DNA of 64,000 bases from Octopus bimaculoides. Lineage: Eukaryota. A model generated the notes under the pieces. The model was not told the DNA's origin. It did not search any database and worked only from the letters and a program-made list of their open reading frames with translations. The stretch covers positions 45,590,053 to 45,654,052 of the forward strand of contig NC_068999.1 of NCBI RefSeq assembly GCF_001194135.2, written 5' to 3'. This document shows positions 12,114 to 23,060 of this stretch, piece by piece; positions within the stretch are counted from its first letter, which is position 1, and every line of letters begins with the position of its first letter. Position numbers and translations under genes: made by a program.

Positions 12114-12231
12114 CTACCTCTGATGAGCACTGGGTTACATAATTGGACTGTTACCAAACACTCCATTGAATCTCTGGCACGAAACCAATTGGTAAGATCG
12201 GTCGTAATGCATATATAGTACTGTACACTTC
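12114..12231 (+). ncRNA. Hammerhead-ribozyme-like motif in Penelope-type repeat (truncated copy)
   Basis: CTGATGAG (12120), CGAAAC (12180), stem III ACCAAT/ATCGGT and a GTC triplet (12201). 23 mismatches and no indels over 118 nt versus 49416-49533. Stem I is not canonical. Confidence 0.5.
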
Positions 12232-12256
12232 AATTAATACATACATACATATATAA

Positions 12257-12531
12257 AGGTGAATTATTCAAATCCCAAAGAATTCCTCTCAACACATGGC
12301 TATGATGTTCACCCCACTACTTCTACTCTTGATCAGAGATGCATATATCGTCAGCCACTAAGGGACATGCTCAATTGGTTAAAGTCAAACAACTGATAAG
12401 CAAATCTGTGATATTAAGCAGAATATTTGCTGTAAACCATCTTTTATACCAAGACAAAACAACATACGTGATAACACTTCCGATCAGCTAAGATCAAAAA
12501 CCATGAGAGCTACTACCTAGTACAGGGCATT
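12257..12531 (+). mobile_element. Retroposon family D 3' part with (ATT)n tail
   Basis: Near-identical to 15773-16053. Confidence 0.85.
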
Positions 12532-12551
12532 CAATATTATTATTGTTGTTG

Positions 12552-12589
<38 letters not shown>

Positions 12590-12592
<3 letters not shown>

Positions 12593-13011
12593 TAGTCCTA
12601 TTTTTATAACGCGCTTTCACTTCACTACCGAGCGCAGCTCTGTGTGCCTTGGGTATGAGCTGTGGTTTGCTGTGATGCTCTTATTTTTACTGTATTGAAA
12701 GTGTTTTGCGTAGGATGTGTGCAGTGCCTAGTAGTACAATTTTCTGTATGTTATATATATTTGTAAGTCCTGGTGTTTTTGTTATGTATTTGTCTGAATA
12801 TTTTTTTATTATACCTAAGGCACCTACTATGATAGGAATTGTTTCTGTTTTTAGATTCCACATTCGAGTTACCTTTATTTCCAGGTCGTTGTATTTTGAA
12901 AGTTTCTTCATTTCTTTTAGAGAAAAGTTGTCATCTGCTGGTATTGATACATCAATTAGAAAGCATTTTTTTCCTTCATGATCTCTGACAACTATATCTG
13001 GTCTATTGGCC
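12590..13011 (-). mobile_element. 5'-truncated R4/Dong-like non-LTR retrotransposon (RLE domain)
   Basis: Minus frame ANRPDIVVRDHEGKKCFLIDVSIPADDNFSLKEMKKLSKYNDLEI..PIIVGALG..LLGTAHILRKTL contains the PD-(D/E)xK restriction-like endonuclease. (ATT)n on both flanks. Confidence 0.9.
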
Positions 13012-13014
13012 TTA

Positions 13015-13093
<79 letters not shown>

Positions 13094-13094
13094 T

Positions 13095-13400
13095 TAATGT
13101 AAAGATCATTAAGTACTTCGCTAAGAAATAAGAAAAGTAGGTAAGAAACTGAAAAATATATTTTTAAAAAAAATGAATAAATTATGAGAGAAAAAGGTGA
13201 AGCAGGTACAGAGGAAACGATTTCTCCTCACCTTCCAGCATCCTACAATCTTTAACTTCGAATATGACTTTCATCTGATGCAGTAGAATATTGTCTCTAA
13301 CCAAGTCATAGATGTGTGAAGAAATATTTTGACACTTTCCCATACATGATGAATATAACAGGTATATATAATTACAAACGTGCCAATATTGTGCGGCTTA
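13095..13400 (-). mobile_element. Probable retroposon 3' end with (TAA)n tail
   Basis: Short minus frame MGKCQNISSHIYDLVRDNILLHQMKV.., then a UTR-like stretch running into (AAT)n. Family not identified. Confidence 0.3.
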
Positions 13401-14044
13401 TGAATAAATAAATAGATATTCATTTATTTATTCATAACCTATGATATATTGGTTCTCTTGGAATTATTGCCCCTTGCCCACCTCACCTCACCTCGTCAAT
13501 CCTTGCAGCGTTATGTAAATGAGTTTATGCTTTGCCACATGTTTTGCATTTTAAACAGTAACTTTGAGCTTGTGATTGTCAGTAACATGGAGAGATGAAA
13601 TGAAAGAATCCCAATGAATCATGAAGCGATCATGTGTAGTCTGGCAGTTCAATTTTTATCAGAAGCTGTTGAAAAGGCCACCATGGGGCCTAATTTTACA
13701 GCAGCATGGAGAGATGACATGAAAGAATCCCAATGAATCATGTCAAGTCTGGTAGTTCAGTTTTCATCTGAAGCTCCATCTAGGCCCCATAGTTACAAAG
13801 GCCATGGTGGTGGTGGTGGTGGTGGTGGTGGTGGTGGGAAGAATAAGAAGCCAAAATGTCAGAACCAGAGACAGTTGTACTCAATGAACTTGCTTTAATA
13901 ATAATAATCATAATGATGATGATGACAATGACGACCAATGATGATGATGATGATGATGACAAACAAGATTAGAAAGCAAAAATTGACATGTTAACAGGAT
14001 TGTCCTAAGCATATCATTGGGGTGGGGCAGTGTTAGGCACCAGT

Positions 14045-14083
<39 letters not shown>

Positions 14084-14453
14084 CACACACATTCACACAC
14101 ATTTCACCAAACATTGGCATTTCCATATATAAGACATTCATGCTAAAAAAAAAAAAAGCAAGACTTCAACACATAAATTACAAAGTGAGCGAACTTAATA
14201 CATACAGGTTTCAAATTCTGACACAAAGCCTGCAATTTTCAAGCGGGTGGTGGTGGGGGAGGATGTTAGTTCATTACATTAACCCCAGTACATCTATCTT
14301 CGTTGAACCCTCTTGAGATACATGGTGTTTTGGTAGCCAAAAAGACCGAAATGTTTTTTCTGTTGAGATTGAATATGATGGGTGCATGTCGAAAATAAAA
14401 GACAAAATGTCTAAAACTACTTTAATAAAAAGTGAAATTATTTATATTGTATA

Positions 14454-14835
14454 GTTGGCACTCCGTCGGTTACAATGACGAAGGTTCCAGAAGATCCAAT
14501 CAACGGAACAGCCAGCTCATGAAATTAGCGTGAAAGTAGCTGAGCACTCCACAGACACGTGTACCCTTAACGTAATTCTCAGGGGATATTCAGCGTGACA
14601 CAGTGTGACAAGGCTGACCCTTTGAATTACAGGCACAACAGAAACAGGAAGAAAGAGTGAGAGAAAGTTGTGGTGAAAGAGCACAGCAGGGTTCACCACT
14701 ATCCCCTGCCGGGGCCTCATGGATCTTTAGGTGTTTTTGCTCAATAAACACTCTCAACGCCTGGTCTGGGAATCGAAACTGTGATCCTACGACTGCGAGT
14801 CCGCTGCCCTGACCACTGGGCCATTGTGCCTCCAC
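14454..14835 (-). mobile_element. Full-length tRNA-derived SINE, head X + tail 1 (OK-like)
   Basis: Reverse complement of 63087-63470. A-box TGGCCCAGTGG, B-box GTTTCGATTCC. Confidence 0.9.
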
Positions 14836-15504
14836 ATTGTATAGTAGAACAAGTAGAAAGATAAATTTTATTCAACGTATAGATACTGAACAGTATAGAT
14901 ATAAAGGATAAAATCCTTTATGAGTTCCTTTCAAGCGTTGTATTTCACCTGGCATGCTAACGATTCTGTCACCCTGCCACCTTTGTGTACCATAGTAATA
15001 ATAATAATTGATAATAATTATTTGTAGAGAATGTGAAAAATGAGGAGAATTATTGTAGATTGGCAAGGAGACATTTTGTTGAAGCTAGTACCGTGATTAT
15101 TTCACTGCAGTCTATATAAGCTAATAATAATATCAAATAAATTAGAGGAGTTATAATTAATTCCGTGTTTGATTAATAATGAGTATTTAGGATATAAAAG
15201 TATATTATTGTGTTAACTCAAATATCATTTGACTGATATATCTGTTTATTACTTACTGATGACTTCACAGGGTTTTTCCATCATAAAATCAACATATTGA
15301 CGTAATAATTATGCTATTGTTTTGTAGACGTGTGTCCTTACAAAATGATCTACTGAGAGCTGTGGTGGTGGTGGTGGTGGTTGTGGTGGTGGTGGGTGTT
15401 TGTGTGGCTGTGCAGTATGGAGTTTGTTTCCCAACCATATGGTTCTAGGTTCAATCCCTAGAACCTAGAACCTAGTGCAGTGTAGCAGAAAAAAGTTACC
15501 AAAA

Positions 15505-16053
15505 GCATTACATGCCATCAAAGGGATTCTAGGGTACAAATATATGGTGCCCAATACACCCATCTTGACTACCCGTCTGATAAGGATACACCAGGCACAT
15601 GCATCACAACCATATGTGTGTGACATGGTGATCTTGAATCAAGATAAACAGTGCATGATCTTGCAGGTGAGGCACAGTTGGAGTTTTCTTCAGGTTGAGT
15701 AGCCTATCCCACTCAAAAGCTCCCTGAATAAGGATTGTTTAAGGACGTTGAATGAAACACCCATGTTTCCAAAGGTGAATTATTCAAACCCCAAAGAATT
15801 CCTCTCAACACATGGCTATGATGCTCCCCCACTACTTCTGCTCATGATCAAGGATGCACATATCATCAGCCGCTAAGGGACATGCTCAACTGGTTAAGAT
15901 CAAACAACTGACAAGCAAATCTGTGGTATTGAACAGAATATTTGCTGTAGCCCATCTTTTTTATACCAAGCCAAAACAATATACATGATAACACTTCCAA
16001 TCAGTTAAGATCAGAAGCCATGAGGTCCATTGCCTGGTACTGCATCAGGGCAT
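15505..16053 (+). mobile_element. Longest copy of retroposon family D
   Basis: Homologous to 12257-12531, 7147-7458 (-) and a fragment at 42945-42990; ends CATCAGGGCAT + (ATT/ACT)n. Confidence 0.8.
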
Positions 16054-16063
16054 CTATTACTAC

Positions 16064-16397
16064 TATTACCTCCATGTTCGCGAAGGTGGAGGTATTGTTT
16101 TTCAGTTGTGTTTGTTTGTTTGTCCGTGGATGAAACTTTCGGAGATGTTTGGCCTTATGACTGGCATGAACTGATTAGATTGTGGGATCAATCCAGTACC
16201 AGACAAGGATTCTGAATTATTTTTCTGTTTTTTTACTTAATTTTTGAGAATGCTCAGGTTCATTTTTAGTATTCTCGTTTGTGAGAGCAGTCGAGTTTAT
16301 TTCAGATATTCTCATTTTAAAAATCATCCCCAGTTAATCATTGAGAGGATGTTGGTGTTGCCTTGGCGGAGGTTTACACTTTCTGAGTGCTCTTTTT
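16064..16397 (+). mobile_element. Helentron-associated (HINE/DINE-1-like) non-autonomous element
   Basis: 5' TATTACCTCC..GGAGGT palindrome, (GTTT)n, 3' subTIR CCTTGGCGGAGGT (16361-16373), terminal stem-loop CACT..GAGTG, and a T-rich end. Confidence 0.65.
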
Positions 16398-16400
16398 ACT

Positions 16401-16433
<33 letters not shown>

Positions 16434-16434
<1 letters not shown>

Positions 16435-16632
16435 AGGTGGTGAGCTAGGACAAGCATTAGCACGACGGGGCAAAATGCTCAGCAGCATTTTGTCCATCCT
16501 AACCTTCTGAATTGAAATTCTGCCAAGGTGAACTTTGCCTTTCATCCTCTCAAAGTCAATAAAATAAGGGGTCAATTTAATTAACTTACTCCCTCCGCAA
16601 AACTTAGTAGCTTTGTGCCAAAATTTGAAACC
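16434..16632 (+). mobile_element. SINE family C
   Basis: AAGGTGGTGAGCT..TTAGCAC..GAAATTCTGCC..CTTTGCCTTTCATCC; preceded by (ATT)n. Confidence 0.8.
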
Positions 16633-16989
16633 ATTATTAGCATTAGCTGGTAAAAATAAATGTAAAACCTAAATAGTATCAAAAATGGTACCATTGACTG
16701 TCTGTATATTGTGTATTTGTTGCCATTTCAGTTTCTTCCAAATGAATTTATGTTCTTCCTTCTATGGTCTCCGATACTTCCAATGATAAATGTTGTTATA
16801 TTATGTACAAACTATATAAATATATCACCACACATCAATACAATCGATAGTAAATAGAATCAATTGGTTGATCTTTTGTGATTAGAGATACTTATCAATG
16901 GAAGATCAATGTTTATTAGCTCAAGGAGGGTATAGAAAATAACTCGTGATGTTCATGGTTTTCCCAAAGACAGTTTATTGTTTAGGCCA

Positions 16990-17127
16990 ACCTCTTGTGC
17001 GAAATCTATGATCAAAAGCATTCCGGCTATGTGTTTATGTGTGCATAGTGTGTATATATATATGTACATATATATACATACATACATACATATATATATA
17101 TAGAGATATATAGATATATAGATATAT

Positions 17128-17210
<83 letters not shown>

Positions 17211-17239
17211 CATACATGTATATACATATATATATATAG

Positions 17240-17282
<43 letters not shown>

Positions 17283-17290
17283 TTTTTATA
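16990..17290. repeat. (TA)n-rich microsatellite
   Basis: Long pure TA run at ~17135-17200. Confidence 0.95.
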
Positions 17291-17445
17291 TGCATACATC
17301 TATGATATATAGGTACATTTATATATATTTATTTATGCATACAGCTATGATATATACGTGCATTTATATATAAATATATTCACATATGTACATATACTTG
17401 TTGATATAAAAATACATATGTATATATACACATATACATTGATCT

Positions 17446-17479
<34 letters not shown>

Positions 17480-17482
<3 letters not shown>

Positions 17483-17740
17483 CCTGAGGTGCAAATATGG
17501 TTGTATGGTTAAGAAGCTTGCTTCTCAACCACATGGTTCCGGGTTCGGTCTCACTGCATGGCACCTTCTTAGGCAAGTGTCTTCTAATATAGCCCTAGGC
17601 TGGCCAAAGCCTTGTGAGTGGATTGAAAGACAGCCTGCCATACATGTGTATGTTTGTGTGTATGTTTGTATCTCTTTGTCTTGATATTGTGTGATTGTTT
17701 GTAGATAAATGTCGTTCATTTCCAATATTCTGCGCAAACA
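17480..17740 (+). mobile_element. SINE family B-like head/core
   Basis: GGTTCCGGGTTCGGTCTCACTGCATGGCACC..GGCAAGTGTCTTC..CCAAAGCCTTGTGAGTGG. Confidence 0.75.
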
Positions 17741-17763
17741 TTCCTAGTCATGTGACTGTGTTC

Positions 17764-17973
17764 TTTTCTAGTCTCGGCACAAGGCCTGAAATATTGGGGA
17801 AGGGGCCCAGTCGATTAGATCGACCCCAGTATGCAACTGGTACTTAATTTATCGACCCCGAAAGGGATGAAAGGCAAAGTCGACCTCGGCGGAATTTGAA
17901 CTCAGAACGTAAAGACAGACAGAATACCGCTAAGCATTTCACCCGGCGTGCTAACGATTCCGCCAGCTCACCG
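17764..17973 (-). mobile_element. SINE family C (young copy)
   Basis: CpG-retaining reverse complement of the family C sequence (GGTGAGCTGGCGGAATCGTTAGCACGCCGGG..GAGTTCAAATTCCGCC). Confidence 0.9.
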
Positions 17974-18052
17974 ACTTTTGACCAGTTCTAGTGATGAGGA
18001 TCCAGTTGCTTGATCATCTGAATTACTGTGGCTCTGTATGTATTACTGGTAC

Positions 18053-18316
18053 ACGGACAGGATGCTGAATGCACTTTTGCTGAACGGACAAGATGCCAAA
18101 AAGACACATGAAAATTAAAATATATGATAATTGTTTTAATCCTACAATATGACCATTTGACAGACTAAAATGGTCATTAGACTATGTAGGTAGGAATTTT
18201 TTTTTTTTTATTATTCTATCCGTTTGGCTTTCTGTCCATTTAGTACTGTGTCTGTTCGGTACTGTGTCCGTTCAGCTTCTTGTACTTCGTCAAAAGTGCT
18301 TTCAGCATCCTGTCTG
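18053..18316. mobile_element. MITE-like element with ~38 bp imperfect TIRs
   Basis: ACGGACAGGATGCTGAATGCACTTTTGCTGAACGGACA (18053-18090) is inverted at 18265-18316, where the arm carries a 15-nt insertion. Confidence 0.6.
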
Positions 18317-18989
18317 CACACAATATTCTTCATGTACCTAAGCCTTTATGTAATTCTTAAACTGGATCAGCACAGCAGTGTGCACTAAGTCCATCCCTTT
18401 TGTGATTACCACTACTATCCATCTGAGAAGCTTCCAAAAGTTTCCATCACTCCCAAGATTTGGATCAACTCAAAACTATCATGAAAGAAAGACATTCAAT
18501 CAATACGACACAACATGCAGGGAGTGTTATTGAACCTATGACCATTTGATTGCTAAGCAAACTTCTTAACCATTCACCCATGTGACCACAACATTGGTAC
18601 ATAAATACAAACGATATGCTAGTTACTAGTTGCTCCCTCAGGGAGAAATTCTTGGATCTTTTTTTTTTTGCATTTATATATTCTTAGCTTACTTTCACAT
18701 TCCAAGTTTAGGATTGGTCTTTTTTTTTAATCATTTTTATTTCTAGATTTTTGAAATTTTGTTTGTTTTGCTTCATTTTTATGTTTTCTTTTTCTTTCTT
18801 TTTGTCTTATAATAAAAAAAATTAAAAAATGGCATGTTTGAAAATTTTCTTAAAACGTTCTTGAATATTGTCAACTTGTTAAGTTAAATGCAATGTCACG
18901 ATTTACATCTACAATTTTAGGAAACTGGAGAAAAATTTTTTATTGAGGGTAGCGAGAAAATGGCAACATTTAGCAGAAATATGTTAAAT

Positions 18990-19478
18990 CAGTCTCTTTC
19001 TCTCTCTCTTTCTCTCTCCTCTCTTCATCTCTCTTTCTCTCTCCTCTCTTCATCTCTCTTTCTCTCTTCTCTCTTCATCTCTCTTTCATTATCTCTCTCC
19101 CTCTCTCTTTCATTATCTCTCTCCCTCTCTCTTTCATTATCTCTCTCGCTCTTTCTTCATCTCTCTTTCTTTATCTCTCTTTCTCTCTCCGCCTTTGTTT
19201 CTCTCATCTCTCTATCTCCAGCTTTACTTGTATCTCACGTTTTCCCTCTCCCCTCTCTCCCTCCCATCCTCTCTCTCTATCCTACACTCTCTCTCTCTCT
19301 CCCCATCTCTATTTTTCTCATTCTCCTTCTCTCTCTCTCTTTCTCTTTATATACCTCAAGTTCTCTCTTTATCTCTGTCTTTATTTATCACCATCTCTAC
19401 TGCATTATCTCTCCACCATTTTTCTCTCTCTCTCTCTCTCTCTCTTTCAACCATTTCTTTTTCTCTCTCTTTCAACCA

Positions 19479-19509
<31 letters not shown>

Positions 19510-19915
19510 TTCAACCATTTCTTTCTCTCTCTCTTTCAACCATGTCTTTCTCTCTCTCTCTCTTTCACCCATTTCTTTCTATCTCTTTCTCTCTCTCTTT
19601 CAACCATGTCTCTCTCCCTCTCTCTCTCTCTCTATCTCTCTTTCAACCATTTCTCTCTCTCTATCTCTCTTTCAACCATTTCTTTCTCTCTCTCTCTCTT
19701 TCAACCATTTCTTTCTCTCTCTCTCTCTCTCTCTTTCAACCATTTCTTTCTCTCTCTCTCTCTCTTTCAACCATGTCTTTCTCTCGCTCTCTCTCTCTCT
19801 CTATCTCTCTTTCAACCATTTCTCTCTCTCTTTCTATCTCTCTTTCAACCATTTCTTTCTCTCTATCTCTCTTTCAACCATTTCTTTCTCTCTCTCTCTC
19901 TTTCAACCATTTCTT

Positions 19916-19960
<45 letters not shown>

Positions 19961-20135
19961 ATCTCTCTTTCAACCATTTCTTTCTCTCTTTCTCTCTCTC
20001 TTTCAACCATTTCTTTCTCTCTTTCTCTCTCTCTTTCAACCATTTCTTTCTCTCTCTCTCTCTCTCTTTCAACCATTTCTCTCTCTCTCTCTTTCTCTTT
20101 CAACAATTACTTTCTCCCTCTCTCTTTCAATCATT

Positions 20136-20173
<38 letters not shown>

Positions 20174-20420
20174 CCTCCTCTTCCCCCTCTCTCTCCATCT
20201 ATTTCTCTCATCTTCTCTCTCCTTCCTTTCACTTTTCTCCCTCTCCATCTCATCACATTTCCTTTATTTCTGCTTCCTATCATCATCTTCCTCTCTTCAC
20301 GTCTGCCTCTCTTTCATTCCTTACTTCTTTCTTCCTTTCCTTCTTCCTTCCTTCCTTCCTTTCTTCCTTTCCTTCTTTCGTCAGCTCTCTCTGTTTTTTT
20401 TTACCTCTGTCTGCTGCTTC
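18990..20420. repeat. (CT)n polypyrimidine tract with ~30 bp higher-order unit TTCAACCAT
   Basis: About 20 TTCAACCAT spacers between 19445 and 20135. Confidence 0.95.
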
Positions 20421-21075
20421 CCTCCTCATTCTATCATTCTCTCTTCTACCTCCCACCCCACCCCCACGCCCACCCNNNNNNNNNNNNNNNNNNNNNNNNN
20501 NNNNNNNNNNNNNNNNNNNNNNNNNNNNNNNNNNNNNNNNNNNNNNNNNNNNNNNNNNNNNNNNNNNNNNNNNNNNNNNNNNNNNNNNNNNNNNNNNNNN
20601 NNNNNNNNNNNNNNNNNNNNNNNNNNNNNNNNNNNNNNNNNNNNNNNNNNNNNNNNNNNNNNNNNNNNNNNNNNNNNNNNNNNNNNNNNNNNNNNNNNNN
20701 NNNNNNNNNNNNNNNNNNNNNNNNNNNNNNNNNNNNNNNNNNNNNNNNNNNNNNNNNNNNNNNNNNNNNNNNNNNNNNNNNNNNNNNNNNNNNNNNNNNN
20801 NNNNNNNNNNNNNNNNNNNNNNNNNNNNNNNNNNNNNNNNNNNNNNNNNNNNNNNNNNNNNNNNNNNNNNNNNNNNNNNNNNNNNNNNNNNNNNNNNNNN
20901 NNNNNNNNNNNNNNNNNNNNNNNNNNNNNNNNNNNNNNNNNNNNNNNNNNNNNNNNNNNNNNNNNNNNNNNNNNNNNNNNNNNNNNNNNNNNNNNNNNNN
21001 NNNNNNNNNNNNNNNNNNNNNNNNNNNNNNNNNNNNNNNNNNNNNNNNNNNNNNNNNNNNNNNNNNNNNNNNNNN

Positions 21076-21454
21076 GCGGTAGCGGTTTTGGTGGTGGTGG
21101 TGGTGGTGGTGGCAGCGGTGGTGGTGGTGGTGGTGTGGTGATATGATGATGCTGTTGATGATAATGGTAGCGGTGATGACGATGGTGGTAGTGATGAGGA
21201 GTAGGAGGAGCTAGAAATGGTGGTGGTAGTGGTGGTATTAATGACATTATTGTTTAGCTTCAAAGCTAATGATCAACAGTATGCCAACCATGACCATCAC
21301 ACCTTTCGGCGGCGGTGGTGGTGGTGGTGGTGGTTGTTGTTGTTGTTGTTGATAGCAATTCTGGTGTTGTTGAGGATGAAGAGAGGCGTAGTGTTATTGC
21401 TAAAGATGACACTGGTCACAGAAATGATGATAGTGTTGATGATGATGATGAGGG

Positions 21455-21539
<85 letters not shown>

Positions 21540-21590
21540 GGTGGTGGTGGTGGTTATAGTACTGCTGTTGTTGTTATTATTATTATTATT
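21076..21590. repeat. Compound (GGT)n/(GAT)n/(GTT)n microsatellite
   Basis: Seen directly in the sequence. Confidence 0.95.
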
Positions 21591-22745
21591 TCATATATGC
21601 ACAACAGATTAGACTGTTGGAAAAAAATTCCTAACATCCGGGCTACAACAAATAACCTTAAATACCAAGAACCTTCCTAAGTATTCTAGCTGCCCCTAAT
21701 AACACTGTCTTTTTGGAAGCTGCACTAAACTAGGTTTTATGCTTACTTCTTCTATCAATAGTTACATCCTGGTACTTTGCCATTTTCTCTACGCCTCTCA
21801 TTGACTTTCTCATCATTTGGAACTGTAAAGTCAATCACCTGTCATTTTCTATTTTCTTTGTCTACTACTACTAAATCAAGCCTTCTAGCTTCTATTACTC
21901 TTTCGGTCTGAATGATAAAATCCCACATCTTATATTTCTTACTTTCTAGCACTTTACTAGATTTATATTCATGCCACTTATCAATACGGTTAAATCCTAG
22001 CTTTCTACATAACACCCGGTGGATTATTTTCTCTAAGTTGTCATTTCTTGTATTCTTTCTGTGCCAGCGTATTACTTCCATTAACTACATGAGTAACGCT
22101 TTCTTTTTTGATTTCCATAACCTATACTGGGAATCTACCTGATTTTTGTTTATCTTGGCTTTTATCCAGTTGGTCCTTAATATCTGATCTTGTGCTGCTA
22201 CTAACAAACTTTCTGTTGCCCTTTCCAGTCTTGTTTTCTGCAATCACAACTATATCTCAGCATTGCTATTTTCTGCAACTCTCTTTGGAAATCTACTTTG
22301 CAAAGCCTTGTCTTTCCAGTCAGATAAACTTGCTCCTTATTTCTGGTTTTTAACTACATTTGGCTTTTTGATTTCCCTATCTTTTACTGTTATATTAGCA
22401 TCTCTTAATAAAATTTCTTCAGTATTACCTACATAGGAGGTTATATACACTTGTGCTAACTCCACACAATCTTCTCCTAATAATAAAACTCTACCACCTT
22501 CCTTTTTTAGGTAAATCCAATCATGCTACTCCTAGTCTAGGAAAGAGTCCTCCATTCATATTGAATTCCTAGTTCTTCTGTCTAGATTTACAAAAGCTGC
22601 TGCATATCTAATCATCAACACTGTCCAAGTATTCACAACCTTCACTAGATTCAGACCATTTAGCTTTGACTTCATGAACTTCCTCACCGTTCTGATTATG
22701 TACTCCTTAACTTTCGCTTTCATTTCTATAGTTAGTACTCAGTCA
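21590..22745 (-). mobile_element. Decayed 5'-truncated R4/Dong-like LINE (RT C-terminus, zinc knuckle, RLE)
   Basis: Minus frames give KSKLNGLNLVKVVNTWTVLMIRYAA, LDRRTR, YLKKEGGR, ESVTHVVNGSNTLAQKEYK, WDFIIQTERVIEARRLDLVVVDKENRK and KTVLLGAARILRKVLGI*. Flanked by (ATT)n/(GTT)n. Confidence 0.85.
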
Positions 22746-22764
22746 GATTGTAATACTCCTAGAC

Positions 22765-22780
22765 ATTGTTGTTGTTTTTG

Positions 22781-22817
<37 letters not shown>

Positions 22818-22824
22818 CATTATT

Positions 22825-22862
<38 letters not shown>

Positions 22863-22946
22863 CCACTACTACTAGAATAATTATTTTTATTGTTATTATT
22901 CTTGTTGCTTTTATTATTCTTGTTGCTTTTATTATTATTTATTTAT

Positions 22947-22989
<43 letters not shown>

Positions 22990-23060
22990 CATTATTATTA
23001 TTATTGTTGTTATTATTATTGTTGTTGTTGTTGTTGTTGTTGTTATTGAAATAATAATTA
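22765..23060. repeat. (ATT)n/(AGT)n/(GTT)n compound microsatellite
   Basis: Seen directly in the sequence. Confidence 0.95.

Noticed and set aside
18960-21263. Very long ORFs (728, 648, 534 aa etc.)
   Set aside because: Translations of (CT)n repeats running through N gaps; they are not genes.
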